Positions 1 through 6,554 of a stretch of DNA of 32,459 nucleotides are shown here, one piece after another (the stretch's first letter is position 1; every line of letters begins with the position of its first letter). The translations under genes and the position numbers were made by a program. The stretch is from Candidatus Woesearchaeota archaeon (lineage in GTDB: Archaea; Nanobdellota; Nanobdellia; Woesearchaeales; UBA11716). The stretch spans positions 1 through 32,459 of the forward strand of contig DUKR01000031.1 of NCBI GenBank assembly GCA_013329175.1, written 5' to 3'. The notes beneath the pieces were generated by a model. It was not told the origin of the DNA, did no database searches, and saw only the letters and a list, made by a program, of their open reading frames with translations.

Positions 1-174
1 CTCTCAATAGGTTTAAAATTTCCCTTAGTGTCCTAATATCGTTCCCAGAGCATCCTATTCTCCTCAAGGGAATAGTGGGTCAAGAACGATTTAAGGACAC
101 GAGGAAATTTCCAACCTTGTGGGATTTGAAAATACTTTACACATTTCAGCATGGAGTTCATATAATTCCTTCAT
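1..174 (-). pseudogene. ArsR/SmtB-family metal-sensing repressor interrupted by an 81-bp MITE (3' part runs off the window)
   Basis: Minus strand from ATG at 174 reads MKELYELHAEMCKVFSNPTRLEI. Removing the element (24-104) and one copy of the 8-bp duplication restores ...RLEILNLLR, the typical ArsR N-terminal 'K-x-(L/F)-S-N-P-T-R-L-x-I-L-x-L-L' helix. The net insertion is 89 bp, a frameshift. Confidence 0.85.
24..104. mobile_element. 81-bp MITE, copy 1, with 8-bp target-site duplication AAATTTCC (16-23 and 105-112)
   Basis: Ends CTTAGTGTCCTAATATCGTTC and (reverse complement) CCTCGTGTCCTTAAATCGTTC form 21-bp ungapped inverted repeats, 17/21 identical. There is an internal CTATTC/GAATAG stem, flanking direct repeats, and two more copies in the window. 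Confidence 0.9.
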
Positions 175-180
175 AATTGG

Positions 181-206
181 ATATTAGTATATCCTAATAT
201 TTAAAT
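181..206 (-). promoter_or_regulatory. Putative ArsR operator palindrome plus TATA box
   Basis: ATATTAGTATATCCTAATAT (181-200) is 18/20 self-complementary and lies just upstream of the arsR start at 174. An AT-rich TTTAAATA-like box at about 199-206 sits about 25 nt from the ATG. Confidence 0.6.
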
Positions 207-767
207 ATTCTCTGTTCTTGCCTGTTTCACCGGACAGGAATGCAGGTACAGAGCAGTGCGGTAGATGCCATAGCAAAGCAATGCAATAGACATAAGAGAC
301 AACTCAAATCCTTTGTATGGCAGGAGCACAAGCACACTTCCTCCTATGCCTAGAAGCGATGCGACACCAAGCCCGCATGCAGCACATCCTGGAGCAAGGA
401 CGCCAAGAAATGCGCCAACTGAAGCAAGTATTTTTGCCTTCCCTCCCCCTGCAATTGCACCTACCCTCATTTTATATGCAAGCAGGCTAACCAGCACTCC
501 CAACAGCAGGCTGATAACGGCCAGGCTCAGAAAGGAATGCAACATGATTGTTGCAGGAAAGCTCCAGAGGAGGATGGCAACAGACGTAGTTGCATATCCC
601 AAAGATTGCCCTGCGGAAAATGACCAGATATTACCAAGATTTGCAAGAACGGCATTCGCAAGATAAAAGAAGAAAGCAACCGCTATGGTGAGCATGGCGT
701 ATTCCTTTTTCTTCAGGACACCCACTGCATTGGCAAAAGCTGATGCCGTATTTTTTCTCATGCACAT
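201..767 (-). CDS. Polytopic membrane protein with GCAACG motif (putative metal-binding/transport protein)
   Basis: About 5 hydrophobic segments, with APGCAACGLG in a TM region and a C-terminal HSCP. A GTGAGG RBS before ATG 767 makes it the likely start (track start 779). Confidence 0.7.
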   Translation of the reverse strand: MCMRKNTASAFANAVGVLKKKEYAMLTIAVAFFFYLANAVLANLGNIWSFSAGQSLGYATTSVAILLWSFPATIMLHSFLSLAVISLLLGVLVSLLAYKMRVGAIAGGGKAKILASVGAFLGVLAPGCAACGLGVASLLGIGGSVLVLLPYKGFELSLMSIALLCYGIYRTALYLHSCPVKQARTENI

Positions 768-783
768 GACTATCCTCACCCAC

Positions 784-2562
784 CTATGTAACTGACAATG
801 CTGTCATCATTCCAGCTTCAAGATGCTCTGCGATATGACAATGCGCCATCCACTCGCCTGGATTTGTCACATCAACCAGGATATCAACTGTGCTTCCGAG
901 CGGCACAAGCACGGTGTCTTTCCAGGCAAAATTTTTGGTAGGCACTCCATCAACGCTTAGCACCAGGAATCTCTGCCCGTGCAGGTGTATAGGATGCTGC
1001 ATAGGGTGCATTGAGTTAGGGTCGTTGAATAAGCTGATTTTAAGCTTATCTCCAACCTTTGCCTTCATGCCTATGCCCATGTTTTCTTTGCCTGTCAATC
1101 CATCTTTCAATATCCACTTGATGTTGCTTGTGTCAGAATGAGAATTCATCATCTGCATAGTGTCCTCCCATTCAATTTTTTCTCTTTCCTGATCCCCATC
1201 CATCTTCATCATATCCTTCATCATCCCCATTGGCAGGCCGATAGTGAGATTGAGCTGGTAATCCACAGGTTTGCTAAAATATTCCCTGAAATGGTCCACA
1301 TCGCTGATGACCTCTCTGTTCTCCCTCATGGCATCAAAAGAGCGTGCATAAGAGGCATCGGTTTGCGAAGGGCTTACTCTTACTGAGCCAAGAGTATATG
1401 TCCTCTTCGGCGTGGTGTGCAGTATTGCATAGTTCCCTTCCTGCTCATAGAAGACATCAACAATGTATCGCTCAGCAGGGGCAATTAGTATGCTGTCAAC
1501 ATACTCTTCCTGCTCATATTGGCCAAGGTCGCTGCCCACAAGCTTCATCTTGCCGCCCACAAATGTAATATTAAAAGGCCGTACATTCGCTACATTGGTG
1601 AGGTAAAACCTGACAACATCCCCTTTCATCGCGTCAAGCGCATAATCGGTGCCACCATTGACAAGCAGGGTATTGCCGAATCTTCCCATGATAGCGAAGT
1701 TCGCATGGTCACTGCCATAAGGGACGATATCACCATCCTCAATCAGGATGTCATCAAGGACGAGAAGCTCTTCCCTGTTCACAGGGTTGTAGGCTTGCGA
1801 TGGGACAACCAGCATATTTCCGGCAAGGCCGCTGTCCTGCTGGAAGTCTTCCCGGATGTGTGGATGATACCAGAAGATTCCATCATCAGGGAAATAGGTA
1901 GTGTAGGTGAATGATTCCCCTTCCTGTACAGGCTCTTGGGAAATCCATGGAACGCCATCATCCTTGATATTGTGCCGCAATCCGTGCCAGTGGACAGTGG
2001 TATTCCATTCTATAGTATTCTTGAAGATGACCGTGATTGTTGAACCCTGCTTAACCTTAAAGACGGGCCCTGGAATCTGGCCGTTATATCCGTACATCTT
2101 GTAGGACTTTCCATTAATCATCTTAGAAACAATTTCAGCAGTCAACTCTACCGTATCTCCATCATCCAGAGTAAGGATTGTGGTGCTCTTCGCAGGAGAA
2201 AGAGAGCTTAACAAAACATCCTCACCAGGGCTGGCCGTATACTGAGAGTCCATCCTTATGTCATCCATCATGCCCTTTCCTTGATTGCTTGGCATCATGC
2301 TTCCTGATGCTTTCTGCTCAAGCTCGCGATAATCATCACACCCTCTCATGTTGGGCATCATCTTGCAGTGCTCAATCATTGCCATGTCTTTCTCGCTAAG
2401 GACAATTTTCTCTGCATTAAGGGCCGCTTCTTCTCCATTCTGTTGGTTGGACACTGCGCATCCTGCCAGAAATACCATGGCAGCCATGCCAAGTAGCGGC
2501 AGTATATGCTTCATTCTGGCGGTAGCATAAGCTTCTTTGTTGCCAAATCCATTTTTTTTCAT
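784..2562 (-). CDS. Multicopper oxidase (CueO/laccase-like), lipoprotein
   Basis: All four copper motifs are present: HWHG, WYHPH, HPIHLHG, HCHIAEHLEAGMM. It has a lipobox FLAGC, Met-rich inserts and an N-terminal HCKMMPNMRGC motif. The start may be 2514. Confidence 0.95.
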   Translation of the reverse strand: MKKNGFGNKEAYATARMKHILPLLGMAAMVFLAGCAVSNQQNGEEAALNAEKIVLSEKDMAMIEHCKMMPNMRGCDDYRELEQKASGSMMPSNQGKGMMDDIRMDSQYTASPGEDVLLSSLSPAKSTTILTLDDGDTVELTAEIVSKMINGKSYKMYGYNGQIPGPVFKVKQGSTITVIFKNTIEWNTTVHWHGLRHNIKDDGVPWISQEPVQEGESFTYTTYFPDDGIFWYHPHIREDFQQDSGLAGNMLVVPSQAYNPVNREELLVLDDILIEDGDIVPYGSDHANFAIMGRFGNTLLVNGGTDYALDAMKGDVVRFYLTNVANVRPFNITFVGGKMKLVGSDLGQYEQEEYVDSILIAPAERYIVDVFYEQEGNYAILHTTPKRTYTLGSVRVSPSQTDASYARSFDAMRENREVISDVDHFREYFSKPVDYQLNLTIGLPMGMMKDMMKMDGDQEREKIEWEDTMQMMNSHSDTSNIKWILKDGLTGKENMGIGMKAKVGDKLKISLFNDPNSMHPMQHPIHLHGQRFLVLSVDGVPTKNFAWKDTVLVPLGSTVDILVDVTNPGEWMAHCHIAEHLEAGMMTALSVT

Positions 2563-2617
2563 GTTAACATCCCCTTGAGATTTTTTTCACGGTGTATGAT
2601 AATCATTGGTTTAGCTT

Positions 2618-3184
2618 TCATCCCTCGGGGTCTGTGCCTAGGCCAGAGCCAATAAACCCCCTAATAGCATCCTCATCATAGGCATCAAGCACCTTGATGC
2701 TGCCAAGCCTTGTTAAGGCAATCTTTGCCTTCATGTTTTTATAAGGTGCGATATATACAAAATCAAATTCATCTGCAAAGCCTTCAAGCTTTCCGATAAG
2801 CCCATCTTCACAGGTATAATTCCTACAATCATAATTGATGATGACCCCTCCCCGCCCATTCTCTTCACCATCAGCATGCTCAAGCATATGCTTCTGCACT
2901 TCTATACGCAGGGGATTTCTGAGCACATGGGATGGCGGGGACGCCTCCACATGACCCTTTATGTAGGTAGGAGGAAATGTCTTTGCCGTTGAAGCAAAAT
3001 AGGCGCCTAAGCTGAGAAGGATGATGCTGATAATGATTACTGACCATATTTTCATCCTTTTTTTTGCAGCCGAGTCAAGGAGTGGCTTTTTTGTTGGCGG
3101 TGAGTGCTTTGCGTTTTTGTGCTGTTGCAGCGCCTCTGCTGACTGAAACTGCTTATTGCAGTTGCGGCACATAAATTCACTCAT
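2618..3184 (-). CDS. C2H2 zinc finger + TM helix + DUF3105-like extracytoplasmic domain protein
   Basis: CRNC-x12-HKNAKH finger, a single TM helix (IWSVIIISIILLSLGAYF), then a KHMLEHADG...GGVIINYDC...C segment resembling DUF3105. Confidence 0.7.
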   Translation of the reverse strand: MSEFMCRNCNKQFQSAEALQQHKNAKHSPPTKKPLLDSAAKKRMKIWSVIIISIILLSLGAYFASTAKTFPPTYIKGHVEASPPSHVLRNPLRIEVQKHMLEHADGEENGRGGVIINYDCRNYTCEDGLIGKLEGFADEFDFVYIAPYKNMKAKIALTRLGSIKVLDAYDEDAIRGFIGSGLGTDPEG

Positions 3185-4187
3185 CCTTGCCTCCTTCCTT
3201 TTTTTTTACGCGCATCCTGATGACTGATACTATGACAATGCCGATGAAAATCGCCAATGTTGTTATCCCCATCGTATCAGCATACGCAAAGCCAAGCAGC
3301 CACCGCTGCAACCCATAAAAGTACTGGCTTGTCCCAAAGATATTCCACCCATTCACAACACCAGTACCCCTGAAGATAATGAATACTGCACCGATTCCCG
3401 CAAGCAACACGCCTGAAATCATGTTGGGTATAGTTAGTGTGAAAGCCTTCCCAAAAAGCCGTATCTGATACCCCTTCCCCTGCATCCACTTTCTGCTGCC
3501 AATATCAAAGCGGTCATAGGCAATCGAGAGAATAAACAGCGGGACAAAGATGCCAAGCGAGTAGAAAAACATAAGCAGCACAGCCCTTGCAATGCTACCT
3601 TGGAGTGCAGCTATCCCTAAGATGCCTCCAAGAATTGGCCCTACACACGCAGTCCAGCCTAAGGCAAACAGCAGGCCCTGCGCAAATACTGCCCTTCCCC
3701 CATTGCCAGCAATCATTTTTTTTCGAAGAGGAGAGGCAAAGCCCATGCCAAGGAAGGAGAGCATCCCTAATACCACGAGCAGAATGCCTGCAAAGACGAT
3801 GACCGCAGGATGCTGCAATGCGCTGTACGACCTTTCGCCTATGATGCCTGCGACAATCCCAAATGCTGAGAATACAAGGGCAAACCCAGCAAAAAACACC
3901 AGTGTCATGCGGGTAATGTCTTTCTTTTCCCTGCATGCATACGAAAGATATGCTGGAAGCAATGGAAGAATGCAGGGAGAGAGTATGGTCAGTGTTCCTG
4001 CAAGAAACGCTACAGCAAGTGAGAGCTTCATAAGAAGTGATGCGGTCATCTCATCATTATACGCTACGATTTTCTGCAGATTATCGGGCAGGTGTGCATC
4101 GGCAAAAGCAAAGGGAGCAAAAGCAGCCAAGGCTATAACAATTGTTAAGCACAGCGCAAAATTCCTTGACAGTTTGTGATATCCCAT
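3177..4187 (-). CDS. ccdA: Cytochrome c biogenesis CcdA / DsbD transmembrane electron-transfer protein
   Basis: Conserved LSPCILP and GWTACVGP cysteine motifs in a multi-TM protein. Confidence 0.88.
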   Translation of the reverse strand: MGYHKLSRNFALCLTIVIALAAFAPFAFADAHLPDNLQKIVAYNDEMTASLLMKLSLAVAFLAGTLTILSPCILPLLPAYLSYACREKKDITRMTLVFFAGFALVFSAFGIVAGIIGERSYSALQHPAVIVFAGILLVVLGMLSFLGMGFASPLRKKMIAGNGGRAVFAQGLLFALGWTACVGPILGGILGIAALQGSIARAVLLMFFYSLGIFVPLFILSIAYDRFDIGSRKWMQGKGYQIRLFGKAFTLTIPNMISGVLLAGIGAVFIIFRGTGVVNGWNIFGTSQYFYGLQRWLLGFAYADTMGITTLAIFIGIVIVSVIRMRVKKKEGGKDE

Positions 4188-4199
4188 CAGAAAAAAGCC

Positions 4200-5345
4200 C
4201 TATGGCTGCTGTGAAGGTTGGGTTACCTTTCCTGTAGCAGCATCCATGTACGGCAAACCGGCAAACTCTACCGCCTCAAAGACATAGGTGCTGTCGTTTG
4301 CGACTTTTCCCACCTGCTTCCATGATGCAATAAGCAGCGGGTACTCCTCAACGTCTCCTGAAAGTAGCAGTGTCGGAAGTTTGGCAATCTCATACCGCTC
4401 AACAAGCTCCTTTCCTTTGGCGCTCACTGCATCAATAACCTCTTCGCTGCCTTTTGCGATTCCCATGCGGGAAAGTATCTGGCTGTGGACTTCCTTAGGG
4501 TCATAACATTCCTCGCACGAGCTGTCAGAAAGATAGATGACATCAACAAAGCCCTTCACTTTTCTGTCAGGGATACTGTAATAAGGTGGCTCAACCTCTC
4601 TTTGGACAAACGAGCCATCCTCTTCAATACTTCCTGCAAGTTTCCATGCCTGTGCTATCTCGGGATATTCGTTTAGCTCCTGGTCAAGAATGAGCGCAGG
4701 AAGCTTCTCAATGCCGTACCGTGCGATGAGCTCCTTCCCTTCTGCTGAATCAGCATCTATCCTGTCTTGCTGGCCGATGGCGACACCTGCCTGCGCAAAT
4801 TGTGTAAGGAGTGGCTCAGGATCTGTGCACTTTTCGCAAGTATCCTTGGCAAGAAGGATAGCCGCAACGCTTCCCTTCACATTACCGCTGGCAGCATCAA
4901 CATAAGGCGCCAGGACATCAGAGAAAATAAAAGCATCGTTGCCCTCTTCCATGAACGACAAGAGAAAGCCTGCCTTCTCAAGTTCTCCTTCAGCAACCAC
5001 AGTCGGCAGCCTTGCGATGCCGTGCTTCAGGATAAGATTCTTCGCCTCAGGCTCTGTGGATTGCAGAGCCCTCTCGGACACGATGTTCACGTTGCCTGTT
5101 TTTATCCTGTCAGTGACATCCTCAATGGGAAAGCAATTGCTGCAGGATGTTGTGATGGTCGTCAGTTTCAGTTCAGCAGGCCTTGCTGCTTCCTTTGCCT
5201 CAGCCATCTTTTCCTCAACAATTGGATTGAGCAAGGCAAGCTGGCCAGCGTTCACAACTGCTATCAGGAGGAGGGCTGCAACTAAACCCATGAGCAGCAG
5301 GCGCGTCCTTTTCATATTTTTTTCTTCACCATGTTCTCTGCTCAT
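4200..5345 (-). CDS. Membrane-anchored protein with three tandem thioredoxin-like CxxC repeats
   Basis: N-terminal TM/signal segment followed by three repeats with CSNC, CEKC and CEEC, each followed by (A/G)KxLIxxYxIxxLP(T/A), a cis-Pro-like loop. The start may be 5315. Confidence 0.8.
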   Translation of the reverse strand: MSREHGEEKNMKRTRLLLMGLVAALLLIAVVNAGQLALLNPIVEEKMAEAKEAARPAELKLTTITTSCSNCFPIEDVTDRIKTGNVNIVSERALQSTEPEAKNLILKHGIARLPTVVAEGELEKAGFLLSFMEEGNDAFIFSDVLAPYVDAASGNVKGSVAAILLAKDTCEKCTDPEPLLTQFAQAGVAIGQQDRIDADSAEGKELIARYGIEKLPALILDQELNEYPEIAQAWKLAGSIEEDGSFVQREVEPPYYSIPDRKVKGFVDVIYLSDSSCEECYDPKEVHSQILSRMGIAKGSEEVIDAVSAKGKELVERYEIAKLPTLLLSGDVEEYPLLIASWKQVGKVANDSTYVFEAVEFAGLPYMDAATGKVTQPSQQP

Positions 5346-5360
5346 GGTTTGTGCCCTTAT

Positions 5361-5588
5361 TTAGCATCCCCCGACCATCTGCGGAAGGTTATTGATGCTG
5401 CTGGGAAGTGCTGCTGGTGCTCCCGAAGTGCCGCCTGATGCCCCTGGTGCCTGCGATGACGAGGCTGCTTTCACCGAGAAATCGCTTCCGGCTAGGTCGC
5501 TTTTGATGCTGTTTAGCTGGAATGCCTGCACTGCCGAGACCAGCAGCAGCACTCCAAGAACAACAGCCATAATAGTTGTCTGTTTCAT
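5361..5588 (-). CDS. Small exported/membrane-anchored protein ending LPQMVGGC
   Basis: Signal/TM helix, then a Ser/Ala/Gly linker, then C-terminal MVGGC. GGAGG RBS upstream; sits within the operon. Confidence 0.8.
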   Translation of the reverse strand: MKQTTIMAVVLGVLLLVSAVQAFQLNSIKSDLAGSDFSVKAASSSQAPGASGGTSGAPAALPSSINNLPQMVGGC

Positions 5589-5618
5589 TCTTTCATTCCT
5601 CCATTTTCAGGTAAATAA

Positions 5619-6440
5619 TTAACACCCGCCGACCATGCCTGGCAGGTCCTTCAATACTGACGTATCCCCTCCTCCAAGCTTTGCGCCTAACTCTATCATA
5701 TTCTTTGGGAAAAACAACGTCTTCCAGCGCATCACTTCGCGCAAAACTTCTGCGTCGCTATAATCAGTATAGGCAGTAAGGTAAAGCGTTACGGATAGCA
5801 ATGCCGGATTATGCTGGCAGCCGCACTTTGACTCACCGTTCTTGTCTGCTCCAGCAGGCCCTACACCACAGCAATACTCGCACGACACTCCATAGGGATT
5901 GGATGCAAGATTCACATACCGCCTGAACGCCTCAGGATTACTCTTCTGTACTTCTGCCTTCAGTGACCTGAACATGTTGGCGAGCTTTGCAAGGGAGTCT
6001 ACTGGCTCGTCAAAGCTCACCCCAAGCGCTTCTCCATACTCAGGCGTCCCTGTAGGAAACATTACCTTCATCGCTGCATCTGGTGATGTCATCTCTGCAA
6101 CAGGAAACACCGCAGCTATCGCCTGGGGTGTAGAGGAAATGCCATCAAGAGAAAGCTCACCAAGATCCCCTCCGCCATACATCATCCTGTTTGCCCCTGT
6201 GCCTCTTTCTGCAAGTGCTGAGACAGATGCAAGCTGAAACTGGTTGAACCCTATCAGAAGGATGGCTGCAACAACAAGCGTAATCACATGCTTTGTGAAT
6301 AGCGTTTCTTCCTGGTGATGAATGGCATGATGCTTACCATGCGCTGTGTGCTTCCCTTCTGTTGCATCAGCAGCGTCCTGCTTGATGTCGTCTGATTGTG
6401 ATTCGTTGCGTACTTCTTTGCTTGGCTCTTTATCTTCCAT
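5619..6440 (-). CDS. His-rich, Cys-cluster membrane-anchored protein ending LPGMVGGC
   Basis: ATG 6440 follows a GGTGGTG RBS. His-rich N-terminus (HTAHGKHHAIHH), TM helix, SCEYCCG...CGCQH cluster, WKTLFFP, and C-terminal MVGGC. Confidence 0.8.
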   Translation of the reverse strand: MEDKEPSKEVRNESQSDDIKQDAADATEGKHTAHGKHHAIHHQEETLFTKHVITLVVAAILLIGFNQFQLASVSALAERGTGANRMMYGGGDLGELSLDGISSTPQAIAAVFPVAEMTSPDAAMKVMFPTGTPEYGEALGVSFDEPVDSLAKLANMFRSLKAEVQKSNPEAFRRYVNLASNPYGVSCEYCCGVGPAGADKNGESKCGCQHNPALLSVTLYLTAYTDYSDAEVLREVMRWKTLFFPKNMIELGAKLGGGDTSVLKDLPGMVGGC

Positions 6441-6467
6441 TACACACCACCTGTATCGCCTTAACAA

Positions 6468-6532
6468 CCGCTGACCCTATATATAAGAGTGGGGAAACGA
6501 CAGGGAAAAAACAGGGAAAGGCTTATATGCAA
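6468..6532. promoter_or_regulatory. Divergent archaeal promoters
   Basis: Minus strand TTATATA at about 6479-6486 for the left operon. Plus strand GAAAGGCTTATAT (BRE+TATA) at about 6516-6528, about 27-33 nt before ATG 6555/6561. Confidence 0.55.
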
Positions 6533-6554
6533 ACTTGCTTTGACAGCGGCTGCT

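Noticed and set aside
24-104. The 81-bp hairpin repeat as an integron attC site or CRISPR repeat
   Set aside because: It lacks RYYYAAC/GTTRRRY ends, there is no integrase or cas gene, and the copies are kilobases apart. Copy 1 lies inside a gene with a target duplication, which fits transposition.
313-6237. Plus-strand ORFs (313-666, 3592-4179, 4767-5285, 4939-5364 and others)
   Set aside because: They are antisense shadows of well-supported minus-strand genes and carry no motifs.
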